NCBI GenBank assembly: GCA_002350105.1
Contig: DEDT01000041.1
Span: 4,408 to 68,407, forward strand
Length of the DNA stretch: 64,000 nt
Origin: Selenomonadaceae bacterium UBA2897
Lineage (GTDB): Bacteria > Bacillota > Negativicutes > Selenomonadales > Selenomonadaceae
Reading direction: 5' to 3'
Part shown: positions 23,760 to 32,538 of the stretch, one piece after another
Layout of the letters: each line of letters starts with the position of its first letter
How positions within the stretch are numbered: the first letter of the stretch is position 1
Notes under the pieces: generated by a model
What the model was told of the DNA's origin: nothing
What the model saw: the letters and a program-made list of their open reading frames with translations, nothing else
The model's database searches: none
Program-made: the position numbers and the translations under genes

Positions 23760-24597
23760 CCATCGTCCCCCTTCCAAACAGCAGTGTCCGCAGCTGCGGC
23801 TTCTCTTCACGTATCACCTGCGGCGGCACGAAGATATCGAAATGCCCCGTAACCGGTGACTGCTCCACCGCGATGGGCGCGCCATAGGCCGCACTGAGCC
23901 GTGCTGACGTCAACACCGCCTGCGGCTTGCCGTCCGCGAGCAGCTTTCCCTGCCCCACGAGCAGCAGCCGCGAACAGAACCGCGCCGCAAGGCCGAGCTC
24001 ATGCACGACCATGAGCACCGTGCGCCCCGCCGCGCAGCTCTCCCGGCAAAAGCGGAAAAGCTCCTCCTGATAAATGAGGTCCAGCCCTGTGGCTGGTTCA
24101 TCGAGCAGCAGCACGGGCGCTTGCTGGGCCAGTACGCGCGCGAAAAAGGCCCGCTGCCGCTGCCCGCCCGAAAGCTCACGCAGCGGCCGATCGGCCAGCT
24201 CCGCCATGCCGACGAAGGCGAGGCTCGCGTCCACGATGGCCATATCCTGCGCACTTTCCCGCTGCCACCAGGCAAGATAGGGATACCTGCCCGTGCGCAC
24301 GACATCCCGCACCGTATAGGCGAAGGGAATCTCCGTGTTTTGGGCCAGATAGGCCGCCTGCTGAGCAAAAGTGCGCGGCGCAAGCTCGCGGATATCCCTG
24401 CCCAGCAGCTGCACGCTGCCCCCCAGCGCGGGCACGAGCCCCCGCAGGGTCTTCACCAGCGTGCTCTTTCCTGCACCATTGGCCCCGACGAGTCCAACGA
24501 ACTCACCGGGGCCAATGGTAAAGGAAACGTCCGCAAGAACCGCACGCTGCGCATAGCCCACCGTCAGATTTATCCCTTGCAAAACCGTTTCATTCAT
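23746..24597 (-). CDS. Iron-chelate ABC transporter ATP-binding protein
   Basis: Walker A GANGAGKST, LSGGQRQR, Walker B LLLDEPATGLD. Confidence 0.9.
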   Translation of the reverse strand: MNETVLQGINLTVGYAQRAVLADVSFTIGPGEFVGLVGANGAGKSTLVKTLRGLVPALGGSVQLLGRDIRELAPRTFAQQAAYLAQNTEIPFAYTVRDVVRTGRYPYLAWWQRESAQDMAIVDASLAFVGMAELADRPLRELSGGQRQRAFFARVLAQQAPVLLLDEPATGLDLIYQEELFRFCRESCAAGRTVLMVVHELGLAARFCSRLLLVGQGKLLADGKPQAVLTSARLSAAYGAPIAVEQSPVTGHFDIFVPPQVIREEKPQLRTLLFGRGTMDEEP

Positions 24598-24624
24598 ATT
24601 CAGATTCTCATATTGATTCCGTCA

Positions 24625-26502
24625 TCAGAACGCATACGTTGCACCGATTTGGAAGAAGCGTCCCGGTGCGGGATACTGCCAGCCAACGTAACGCGAGTAG
24701 GCCTGATTCGTGAAATTCATAGCCTTCGCATAGATCGTCAACTGCTCCGTCGCCGCATAGCTCGTATTGAAATCGAAAATGGCGAAGCGGTTGTCACCGT
24801 AGGTGGCTTTATCAAGCCCCGTGCCCATGCGGCTCGTGAGGTTTGCCTTCCAGGCACCCTCTGTATAGTGCAGGCCAAAGCGGTAGGCATTCGGCATGCT
24901 GTTATATTTGAGATATTTCGCCGTTGATGAAGAATTCGTATCATCGGTCTCCGTATGCGTATACGTGTAGCCGAGATCATAGTTCCACTGCGGGGAAAGC
25001 TTCTGCTTCCACGTCAAAGAAACGCCGTGCTTTTTCTCCCGATTCAGGTTCAACGGCGTCCACACGCCCGTCGCATCAGGACCCCAGGCAATCGCGTCAT
25101 GCAGAACAGAGTGGAAATAGCTCAGGTCTACAGAAGCTGCAGGCGTAACGACATGGCTGATGCCAACATTTTCCACATGACCGGACTCTGGATCGAGGTT
25201 CGGATTACCATGCGTATATGCATCTACATAATACATATCATCCGCCGTCGGAGCCTTAAACACACGTCCCCACGATGCATACACCTTCGTGTTCTGCTCC
25301 GGACGATAGTTCAGCGCCGCCTTTGGAGACCAATGCGTGCCAAAGGCGTCATGATGATCCATGCGCACGCCCGGGATAAAGACCCATTTATCCGCAAGGC
25401 GCATGGAATCCTGCAAGTAGACTGCCGTCGTCGTGATCTTCTTATCCTCATAGCCGGACTTCTTGTTCGAGGAATTGCTCTCGTGCCATTCCGCGCCCGC
25501 GACGAGCTTGTTGTTCGCATCAAGGCGCCAGCCATCCTGATAGTCGATACCCTGCATGCGCGTCTTGAATTTTCCGCTGAAATCTGACGATTTATAATGG
25601 TTGAAATAGCGCAGATAGCCTGGCAGCTTCGTATCTTCCTTGAAGCGATACGTCAGGGATACATCATTCATATTCTGCTTCTGCACATCAGAATAGAAAG
25701 CATGACGTACCCAGTCATCGTAGGCTGGCGCGCCACCGTTCATCGTACGATGTGCATAGCGCAGGGCAAGAGACTGGTCATCCGCAATCTGCTGGCGCAG
25801 GTTCAAGGACAGGCCATTGTTGTCATGATCGCTGCCGACCATGCGCTTCGAATCGCCCTGCTGATCCTTATAGTCAAAGAAGCCCTGCTTCTGGATGCCA
25901 GCGGCCAGTGTCCAGCTCAGACCCTTCTCCGAGCCCTGATTGTAGAGCTCGTAGTTATGCGTATGCCATGAGCCCGTATTGAGATCGACCTGCGTCTTAT
26001 TCTCCTTGGCCTGCTTCGTGATGATGTTGATGACGCCGCCGATTGCATCGCTGCCGTAGAGAGCCGAGCCCGCGCCTTTAACCACCTCGATACGTTCGAT
26101 GTCCTTGACGGACGGGATGCGCGTAAGCGTGGCACCAGCACGCGTCATGGAGCCCTGATCATCGTTCAGGCGCTCGCCGTCGACAAGCACGACCACGCGC
26201 TCCTCGCCGTTGATGCGCACGACCTGATCGTTGCCGCTATTGCCGTTCGTCATGACAATGCCGTCGACGTGGTTCAGCGCCTCAGCGACATCGGCGTAGT
26301 GGTTCGCCTCGATCTCAGCCGCGCTGATCACCGTCACATCTGCCGGCGTGTTCATGTTCTGCGACGGCACGCGCTCGGCCGTGACGACCGTCTCACCGAG
26401 GTCGGTGGGCTGATCGCTGGCGGCTGCCGCCGTACCCGTGATAGAGAATGTCCCGACCGCCAGTGCGGACAGGATGGTAAGCGTGAGCTTCTGGTTCTGC
26501 AT
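24625..26502 (-). CDS. TonB-dependent outer-membrane receptor
   Basis: Start trimmed to ATG 26502 behind AAGGAAAGGGAG. Signal peptide ...GTAAA|AS. TonB-box-like ETVVTA. Plug motif VKGAGSALYGSDAIGGVINIIT. Beta-barrel with terminal ...GATYAF. Confidence 0.9.
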   Translation of the reverse strand: MQNQKLTLTILSALAVGTFSITGTAAAASDQPTDLGETVVTAERVPSQNMNTPADVTVISAAEIEANHYADVAEALNHVDGIVMTNGNSGNDQVVRINGEERVVVLVDGERLNDDQGSMTRAGATLTRIPSVKDIERIEVVKGAGSALYGSDAIGGVINIITKQAKENKTQVDLNTGSWHTHNYELYNQGSEKGLSWTLAAGIQKQGFFDYKDQQGDSKRMVGSDHDNNGLSLNLRQQIADDQSLALRYAHRTMNGGAPAYDDWVRHAFYSDVQKQNMNDVSLTYRFKEDTKLPGYLRYFNHYKSSDFSGKFKTRMQGIDYQDGWRLDANNKLVAGAEWHESNSSNKKSGYEDKKITTTAVYLQDSMRLADKWVFIPGVRMDHHDAFGTHWSPKAALNYRPEQNTKVYASWGRVFKAPTADDMYYVDAYTHGNPNLDPESGHVENVGISHVVTPAASVDLSYFHSVLHDAIAWGPDATGVWTPLNLNREKKHGVSLTWKQKLSPQWNYDLGYTYTHTETDDTNSSSTAKYLKYNSMPNAYRFGLHYTEGAWKANLTSRMGTGLDKATYGDNRFAIFDFNTSYAATEQLTIYAKAMNFTNQAYSRYVGWQYPAPGRFFQIGATYAF

Positions 26503-26548
26503 GCAATACTCCCTTTCCTTCATCAATTTGATTTGAAAACATCTATTA

Positions 26549-27601
26549 TCAATCATCCACAGCGGAAAGATGCTCGCCAGCCTCTTGATGGAAAGCATCG
26601 CCGTAGACGCGATAAGCAATCTCCTGCACGCCGAAGACAAAGTCCTGCGAGCAGTTGTAAATATAAGCCTCATCCGGCTCCATGAGGTGTTCCTCCCGAA
26701 TCGCCCGCAGCGTCTGCAGGGACGGATCGGAGAGGTATCGGTCACGGGCCGAGGCAACATCGTAATTGCCGTGATTGTTATAGGTCGGCAGGAACAGTAC
26801 ATCGGGGTTGATGGCGACGAGCTGTTCCTTGCTCATTTCCTGCCCGTCGCGGATGCCCGCCCGAGCCCGGCCATTGATGACGCCCGCATACTTGCAGGCG
26901 TCATCAAAGGAGCTGCCACTGCCGCCATAGGTGCTCATGAGCGAGAGCAGGACGACGGATTTGCGCTCGTTCTCAGGAATCGCCTTGACCTTCTCCTGAA
27001 TCGCCGCGAGCTTTTCCTCCATCATGCCTACGAGCTTATCGCCACGCTCCGGTTCCCCCACAGCCCGGGCGATGAGACGCACGGTCTCCTCGATTTCCGC
27101 GAGGTTGCGCGCGCCCTTGCAGACGACCACAGGGATGCCGAGGTCGCGCAGCGAGGCCACGCGCGTGAGGTCACCCCAGTCCGGCACAATCACGAGGTCT
27201 GGCTGCAGCGCCGCGATTTCTTCCACCGAAGGATCCTTGATGCGTCCCTTGACCTGCCGGGCCAGCGGCACGACATTCGAGCTCACGGGATCATCGAGCA
27301 AGTCATTCACCGCGGCCATCTTGTCTGGCGGCACGAGACCGAGCACCGTTTCATCCGTGCTCATGGAGAGCGTCAGGATGCGCTGGGGCTTCGCCGGCAT
27401 TTTCACGACCGTACCCTGTGCATCCGTAACCTCATAGGCCGTATCCTGCTCTGTTGCCGCCTGCCGTATATCACGACAGCCCGCCAGCATAAAGGTGAGC
27501 AGGCAGACCAGCAGCAGGCCGCAAATCGGCAGCAGGCGGGTCCGGTTAACACGCTGAAATCCTCTCAAACTGTGCTCCTTTTCTCTCCAGGTATGCAGCA
27601 T
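26549..27601 (-). CDS. Periplasmic iron-chelate binding lipoprotein (Peripla_BP_2 type)
   Basis: Lipobox ...FMLAGC. Cluster A (class III) SBP-like sequence. The start is ambiguous: either TAATG coupling with the tonB stop at 27601, or TTG 27568 behind AAAGGAG. Confidence 0.8.
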   Translation of the reverse strand: MLHTWREKEHSLRGFQRVNRTRLLPICGLLLVCLLTFMLAGCRDIRQAATEQDTAYEVTDAQGTVVKMPAKPQRILTLSMSTDETVLGLVPPDKMAAVNDLLDDPVSSNVVPLARQVKGRIKDPSVEEIAALQPDLVIVPDWGDLTRVASLRDLGIPVVVCKGARNLAEIEETVRLIARAVGEPERGDKLVGMMEEKLAAIQEKVKAIPENERKSVVLLSLMSTYGGSGSSFDDACKYAGVINGRARAGIRDGQEMSKEQLVAINPDVLFLPTYNNHGNYDVASARDRYLSDPSLQTLRAIREEHLMEPDEAYIYNCSQDFVFGVQEIAYRVYGDAFHQEAGEHLSAVDD

Positions 27602-28431
27602 TACCAATCATCGCCGCCCCGCAACTCGAAGCGGTATGTCGTGCGGTAGCGGCCCGGATGGCCGTTCATCTGGAAGCGGCAGGCCCAGCCCGCCGCCACG
27701 GCGGCCGCATCGAGCGCGGCGTGACCCGACGAGCGGATGACGGAGACATCCGTCACGGCACTCGCGGGCGAGACCGTGATGAGCACGGTCACGCTTCCCT
27801 GTGCGCCCGCCTGAATCATGGCAGGAGGATAGGCGGGCGTGGCACGATAGATGCAATAGGCCGCAGCATCGACAGGCGTTGCCGACGCCTGCGCGTCACC
27901 GCCCGTCTGTCCGCTGCCATTACCATGGCCAGTGCCCTGCCCATCACCGCCTGACACGCCCGCACCAGACCCGCTTCCCTGACCGCCGCCTGCGCCATCC
28001 GCCCTGCCCTTGTCCGTGCCAACTGCCGTCGCATCGCCATTGGCTGCCGGATTCGACGTAGCCGCGGACCTGGCAGCTTCAGCCTGCTCCGCCTTGTGCT
28101 GCTGGCGATAGGCCTGCTGCGTCTGCGGCTCTTTCGTATAGGTTTCGGCGATTTCCGGCAGCCTGGAGGCAGGTGGCAGCGTGACGACGGGGGCCGCTGG
28201 TGCAGCCCCGGCGGACGGTCCGGCAGGAGCACTGCCCCCGTCACCGCCGCCCGCATCGCCTGCAAGCAGCGCGATATCCACGACGTCCTCTTCCGATGTG
28301 GCTGGCCTGGCCTGCATGAGCAGGAAAAAGCCCGAAGCTCCGAGCAGCAGGAACAGCACGAAATGCACCGCGAGCGAGAGGCCCCAGGCGCGCAGCTTCT
28401 CCGCCCGCCGCACCTGCTTTGGCGCGCGCAT
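27601..28431 (-). CDS. tonB: TonB-family energy transducer
   Basis: Start trimmed to ATG 28431 behind GGAGGG. N-terminal TM LSLAVHFVLFLLL. The spacer is Gly/Ala-rich rather than Pro-rich. C-terminal TonB_C-like YPPAMIQAGAQGSVTVLITV. Confidence 0.85.
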   Translation of the reverse strand: MRAPKQVRRAEKLRAWGLSLAVHFVLFLLLGASGFFLLMQARPATSEEDVVDIALLAGDAGGGDGGSAPAGPSAGAAPAAPVVTLPPASRLPEIAETYTKEPQTQQAYRQQHKAEQAEAARSAATSNPAANGDATAVGTDKGRADGAGGGQGSGSGAGVSGGDGQGTGHGNGSGQTGGDAQASATPVDAAAYCIYRATPAYPPAMIQAGAQGSVTVLITVSPASAVTDVSVIRSSGHAALDAAAVAAGWACRFQMNGHPGRYRTTYRFELRGGDDW

Positions 28432-28432
28432 C

Positions 28433-28849
28433 TTATTGCCCTCCTGCAGCTGCCGCGAGGCCGATATGGCTGATGCCATGCTGCTTGAATTTATCCAGCA
28501 GGCCTACGACCATGCCGTAGTCGAGGCCCTGATCCGCACGCACGACGACGGAGAACTTCGTATTGCGCTGATTCTCCGCCGCCGCTTGGGCGAGCAGGGC
28601 CTGTTCCGTGATGGGCTGATCCTCCAGATAGAGCGAGCCATCGCGCTTCATCGTCACCACATAGGAGACCGCGAGCTGCGTCTCCGCGCCCGCCGCCTGC
28701 GGCATATCGACATCGACGGTTCTGACCTGCACCATGTAGAGCGTGCTCATCATGAAGAATACAAGCAGGAAGAACATGATGTCAATCATCGGGATGATGT
28801 TGAGCTCCGGTTTCTGCCAGGCTCTCCGCTCTCGCAAACGCATACACAC
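28433..28849 (-). CDS. exbD: ExbD/TolR-family biopolymer transport protein
   Basis: Single TM ELNIIPMIDIMFFLLVFFM, then an ExbD periplasmic domain. Confidence 0.85.
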   Translation of the reverse strand: MCMRLRERRAWQKPELNIIPMIDIMFFLLVFFMMSTLYMVQVRTVDVDMPQAAGAETQLAVSYVVTMKRDGSLYLEDQPITEQALLAQAAAENQRNTKFSVVVRADQGLDYGMVVGLLDKFKQHGISHIGLAAAAGGQ

Positions 28850-28910
28850 CCCGCCTTTGGCCTGATCACTGAAAAATTTATGGAACCTTATGAAATAATG
28901 TTTTCATTCT

Positions 28911-28939
28911 ATCATAATCTTTTCCCCGGCTCAAGTCAA
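28911..28939 (-). promoter_or_regulatory. Candidate promoter of the exbD-tonB-...-exbB operon with an adjacent A/T-rich Fur-box-like stretch
   Basis: Minus strand reads TTGACT-17 nt-TATGAT. The -10 runs into GATTATGATAGAATGAAAACATTATTTCA (to ~28886), which only loosely resembles GATAATGATAATCATTATC. Confidence 0.45.
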
Positions 28940-28959
28940 CGGCACAAATCACAGGCAGA

Positions 28960-28992
28960 CAAAAAGAACTGCCGCCAAAATGGCGGCAGTTC
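28960..28992 (-). terminator. Rho-independent terminator after hpf
   Basis: Perfect 11-bp stem gaactgccgcc / ggcggcagttc followed by TTTTTG on the minus strand. Confidence 0.85.
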
Positions 28993-29023
28993 CCTGTTTA
29001 CCCATTCATTGAATTATCAGCGA

Positions 29024-29572
29024 TTAATTGCCGGACTCGATGAGACCGTAGTTCCCGTCAGTGCGGCGGTAAACGACGTTGACATCCTCCGTCTGTGCAT
29101 CGCGGAACACGAAGAAGTTGTGGTTCAGCATGTTCATCTGCACGATAGCTTCCTGCACATCCATGGGCTTGACCACGAAGTGCTTCGTCTTGACGATAGG
29201 ATATTCCTCGCTCGCGTCCCGTTTATCCGCAAACGGCACATCATTCTTGAACAGATCCGTCTTCAGACCGCCATTGCGGAAGCGGCGGGCCAGCTTCGTC
29301 TTATGCTTATGAATCTGGCGCTCCAGTTTCTCTACCACCAGGTCAATGGACGTATACATATCCATGGTAGCTTCTTCACCGCGGAGCAGGAAACCGCCTT
29401 CGACCGGCACCGTGACCTCAACGATATGGCGGCCCTTCGTGACCGTCAGCAGGACCTTGATGTCGCCCACTTTGTCGAAGTACTTCGTTACCTTGCCAAT
29501 GCGCTTCTCTACATATTCGCGCAGGGACGGGGTAATCTCGATATTCTTGCCTCTTACCGTGAATGTTGCCAT
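29024..29572 (-). CDS. hpf: Ribosome hibernation promoting factor, long form
   Basis: Start trimmed to ATG 29572 (MATFTVRGKNIEITPSLREYVEKR). C-terminal dimerisation domain KPMDVQEAIVQMNMLNHNFFVFRD. Confidence 0.95.
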   Translation of the reverse strand: MATFTVRGKNIEITPSLREYVEKRIGKVTKYFDKVGDIKVLLTVTKGRHIVEVTVPVEGGFLLRGEEATMDMYTSIDLVVEKLERQIHKHKTKLARRFRNGGLKTDLFKNDVPFADKRDASEEYPIVKTKHFVVKPMDVQEAIVQMNMLNHNFFVFRDAQTEDVNVVYRRTDGNYGLIESGN

Positions 29573-29662
29573 AAGACACATCCCCTTTCTTGTTTATATT
29601 GGTTATATTCGGCACAGGCCATAAAATCCCTTCTTTTTCCCGCAAAAAAGAAAAATTTATGT

Positions 29663-29694
29663 AAAAAAACATCCCGCTCGAAACGAACGGGATG
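29663..29694 (-). terminator. Rho-independent terminator after amino-acid ABC operon 1
   Basis: Minus strand stem catcccgttcg / cgagcgggatg followed by T7. Confidence 0.8.
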
Positions 29695-29717
29695 CAATGG
29701 CATACATATTTCTTAGC

Positions 29718-30443
29718 TCAAAGGACTTTCGACAGGAAGGTCTGCGTGCGCTCCTGCTGCGGATGGTCGAAGACCTGCTCCGGCGTGCCCTGCTCCAGAA
29801 TGACGCCCTGATCGACAAAGAGGATGCGGTCGGCCACTTCGCGGGCAAAGCCCATCTCATGGGTGACGACCACCATCGTCATGCCGCTTTCGGCGAGCTG
29901 GCGCATGACGTCGAGCACCTCGCCGACCATCTCCGGGTCAAGCGCCGAGGTCGGCTCATCGAAGAGCATGACCTTCGGCTTCATGGCCAAGGCGCGAGCG
30001 ATGGCCACGCGCTGCTGCTGGCCACCGGAGAGCTGATTCGGCCAAGCATCGGCCTTGTCGGCCAGCCCCACGCGCTTCAGCAGCTGACGAGCCGTCTGCT
30101 CCGTCTCCGCCTTGTCGGCGTGACGCACCTTGAGCGGCGCGAGCATGATGTTCTGCAGCACCGTCATGTGCGGGAAGAGGTTAAAGCGCTGGAAGACCAT
30201 GCCCACCTCTTCGCGCACCTTGTTGATGTCGGCCTCGTTGAGCACGATGCCGTCCACGCTGACCATCCCGGACGTCGGCTGCTCCAGATAGTTCATGCAG
30301 CGCAGCAGCGTGCTCTTGCCCGAGCCCGAAGGCCCGATGATAGCCACGACTTCCTTTTCTTTGACGTCGAGGTCGATGCCCTTGAGCACCTCATTGCTGC
30401 CAAAGGATTTATGCAGTTTCTCAATGTTGATCATCCGTAGCAA
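29718..30443 (-). CDS. Polar amino-acid ABC transporter ATP-binding protein (GlnQ-like)
   Basis: [35 protein letters not shown]. Confidence 0.9.
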   Translation of the reverse strand: MLRMINIEKLHKSFGSNEVLKGIDLDVKEKEVVAIIGPSGSGKSTLLRCMNYLEQPTSGMVSVDGIVLNEADINKVREEVGMVFQRFNLFPHMTVLQNIMLAPLKVRHADKAETEQTARQLLKRVGLADKADAWPNQLSGGQQQRVAIARALAMKPKVMLFDEPTSALDPEMVGEVLDVMRQLAESGMTMVVVTHEMGFAREVADRILFVDQGVILEQGTPEQVFDHPQQERTQTFLSKVL

Positions 30444-31095
30444 ACCTCCGCTCCAGATAAGCGACGAAACGCGAAATCGTCAGCGTCATCACGAGGTAGA
30501 CGATGGCGACACTGATCCAAATCTCCAGCGAACCATACGTCTTGGCGATGATAAGCTGGCCGCGACGCGTGAGTTCCTCGAAGCCGATGACCGACACGAG
30601 GGAGGAATCCTTCAGCAGGGCGATGAACTCATTGCCCAGCGGCGGAATCACGCGCTTGAACGCCTGCGGCACGATGATGTAACGCATCGTCTGTACCCAG
30701 GTCATGCCCAGCGAGCGGCCGGCCTCCATCTGACCTTCGTCGATGGACTGAATGCCCGCGCGGAAAATCTCCGCCACATACGCGCCGGAGTTGATGCCGC
30801 AGGCACCGACCGCCGCCACGTACGGATCAATGCGCTGGCCCGTGATGACCGGCAGCGCGAAATAGACGAGGAAGATCTGTACCAAAAGCGGTGTGCCGCG
30901 GAAAAAATCCACGTACACAGCTGCGACGAAACGCAGCGGCTTGAAGTGACAGATTCTTGCAATACCGACGAACAGGCCGATGATGACACCGAGTGCCACC
31001 GACATGGCCGTAATCTTGATGGTAACGCCAGCACCGACCAGCAGGAGCGGGAAGGAATTGACGACCAAATCCCAGTTGAACTGCATAAAACTCAC
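30421..31095 (-). CDS. Polar amino-acid ABC transporter permease (HisM/GlnP-like)
   Basis: 5-TM BPD_transp_1 fold. EAA-type loop [28 protein letters not shown]. Confidence 0.9.
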   Translation of the reverse strand: MSFMQFNWDLVVNSFPLLLVGAGVTIKITAMSVALGVIIGLFVGIARICHFKPLRFVAAVYVDFFRGTPLLVQIFLVYFALPVITGQRIDPYVAAVGACGINSGAYVAEIFRAGIQSIDEGQMEAGRSLGMTWVQTMRYIIVPQAFKRVIPPLGNEFIALLKDSSLVSVIGFEELTRRGQLIIAKTYGSLEIWISVAIVYLVMTLTISRFVAYLERRFATDDQH

Positions 31096-31118
31096 CTAAT
31101 CATATTGCGCTTGCGTAC

Positions 31119-31922
31119 TTACTTCTTCTGCTCGCCGAACCATTTCGCGAAGATCTTGTCGTACTCGCCATTCTCATGCAGCTTCTTCAGCGCGTCGTTG
31201 ATCTTCTGCTGCAGCTCCGTGTTGTCCTTGCCGATGGCGATGCCGTACTGCTCCGCCGTCAGTTTCTCCGGGAGAGCCTTGACGCCCGTAGCGCCCGTCT
31301 TCTGGATGTAGTAGTCGTTGACCGGGCGATCGTTGACGACTGCATCGACGCCGCCAGCTTTCAGCTCCATGAAGCAGTCAGCCGGCGTGTTCAGCTCCTT
31401 GACCTCAACGCCTTCGATCTTCTTGACCTCTTCAGCGCTCGTCGTACCGATCTGGACGGCGACTTTCTTGCCCTTCAGATCCTGGAACTTCTGGATGCTC
31501 TGCTCATCCTCGCGGACGACCATCGTCAGGCCGGAATCATAGTACGGATCGGAGAACAGCACGTTCTGCTTGCGGTCGTCGTTGATCGTCATGCCGGAGA
31601 TGACGACATCGACCTGCTTGCCCTGCAGGGCCGGAATCAGGCCATCGAAGCCGAGGTTCTGGATCTCGGCCTCGCTGCCCATCTCCTTGGCAATCGCGCG
31701 GATCAGATCCATATCGAAGCCCTGATACTCCTTCTGGCTCTCATCCTGGAACTCGAACGGCGCAAAGTCGATGGACGAACCGACCTTCAGCGTCTTGGGC
31801 GCCGAGCCGGAGCCCGATGAGCTGGAGCTCGTGCCGGCACCGCCGCCGCAACCCGCGAAAGCAGCTACGGCGAAGCTCATAGCCGCGACAACAGCGAGAA
31901 TCTTCTTGAATTTCATAGTCAT
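31119..31922 (-). CDS. Polar amino-acid ABC substrate-binding lipoprotein
   Basis: Lipobox AAFAGC, Ser/Gly linker, SBP_bac_3-type sequence (FAPFEF ... GFDMDL ... DVVISGMTI). Confidence 0.9.
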   Translation of the reverse strand: MTMKFKKILAVVAAMSFAVAAFAGCGGGAGTSSSSSGSGSAPKTLKVGSSIDFAPFEFQDESQKEYQGFDMDLIRAIAKEMGSEAEIQNLGFDGLIPALQGKQVDVVISGMTINDDRKQNVLFSDPYYDSGLTMVVREDEQSIQKFQDLKGKKVAVQIGTTSAEEVKKIEGVEVKELNTPADCFMELKAGGVDAVVNDRPVNDYYIQKTGATGVKALPEKLTAEQYGIAIGKDNTELQQKINDALKKLHENGEYDKIFAKWFGEQKK

Positions 31923-31950
31923 TCCCTCACTTTGATAAAATAGTTTTTAA

Positions 31951-31994
31951 CAAAAAAAGCCCAGGGCTGTACAGTGTCATTGTACTCCCGGGCT
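31951..31994 (-). terminator. Terminator/attenuator hairpin between a promoter and the SD of ABC operon 1
   Basis: Minus strand stem agcccggg / ccctgggct (one G-U pair) with an inner gtaca/tgtac hairpin, then T7. Its tail ends about 30 nt before ATG 31922. Confidence 0.6.
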
Positions 31995-32026
31995 CCATTG
32001 CCTGTACATGCTAACTATTATAGCAC

Positions 32027-32054
32027 GCATTCATATATATGCAAGTTTCTTGCA
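32027..32054 (-). promoter_or_regulatory. Candidate promoter upstream of the 31951..31994 hairpin
   Basis: Minus strand reads TTGCAT-16 nt-TATAAT. The -35 lies inside the palindrome at 32043..32071. Confidence 0.45.
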
Positions 32055-32071
32055 TATATATTTCAGTATCT
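32043..32071. repeat. Perfect 13-bp-arm A/T-rich palindrome ATATATATGCAAG-ttt-CTTGCATATATAT
   Basis: Read directly from the sequence. Overlaps the -35 of the candidate promoter, so it is a candidate operator or hairpin. Confidence 0.8.
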
Positions 32072-32082
32072 GATTTTAAAAA

Positions 32083-32373
32083 TTAACCGCGGGCTGCGCG
32101 ATGCTTCGCGAAGCAGTCACGGCAATATACCGGACGGTCATCTTTCGGCTCGAACGGAACTTCCGTCTCCTTGCCGCAGTCAGCGCAGATCACTTTGTAC
32201 ATCTTGCGCTCCTCGCCGCCCTCACGGCTGCGTTTGCGTTTCTCACGGCAGTCGCGGCAGCGTGCCGGTGCGTTCTCGAAACCTTTCTCAGCGTAGAACT
32301 CCTGCTCACCAGCAGTCCATACGAACTCTTTGCCACAGTCCTTGCATACGAGTGTCTTGTCTTCAAATGCCAT
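32083..32373 (-). CDS. Small double zinc-ribbon protein (4 x CxxC)
   Basis: CKDC-x25-CRDC, a basic linker (REKRKRSREGGEERK), then CADC-x17-CRDC. Resembles the CxxC-x17-CxxC zinc-ribbon family. Confidence 0.7.
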   Translation of the reverse strand: MAFEDKTLVCKDCGKEFVWTAGEQEFYAEKGFENAPARCRDCREKRKRSREGGEERKMYKVICADCGKETEVPFEPKDDRPVYCRDCFAKHRAARG

Positions 32374-32472
32374 AAGATAATCCCCTTAAAAAGCAGAAAA
32401 ACGATTATTAGATGTCCCATCTCGTACACTTCAGCTAGCAATGTGACTGAGAAAAAAGAACGTCCAGTGATT

Positions 32473-32501
32473 ATTATAGCGAATATACTTGCGAAAAGCA
32501 A
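32473..32501 (-). promoter_or_regulatory. Candidate promoter of the zinc-ribbon gene
   Basis: Minus strand reads TTGCTT-17 nt-TATAAT, about 100 nt upstream of ATG 32373. Confidence 0.4.
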
Positions 32502-32538
32502 GTATTATTATTCTTACTTTCTCTACTTTTCCTATTAC

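Noticed and set aside
28850-29023. Cobalamin or other riboswitch upstream of the TonB-dependent receptor operon
   Set aside because: The untranslated space is short and A/T-rich. I could see no B12-box-like or other conserved riboswitch core. Only a promoter and a loosely Fur-like stretch are present.
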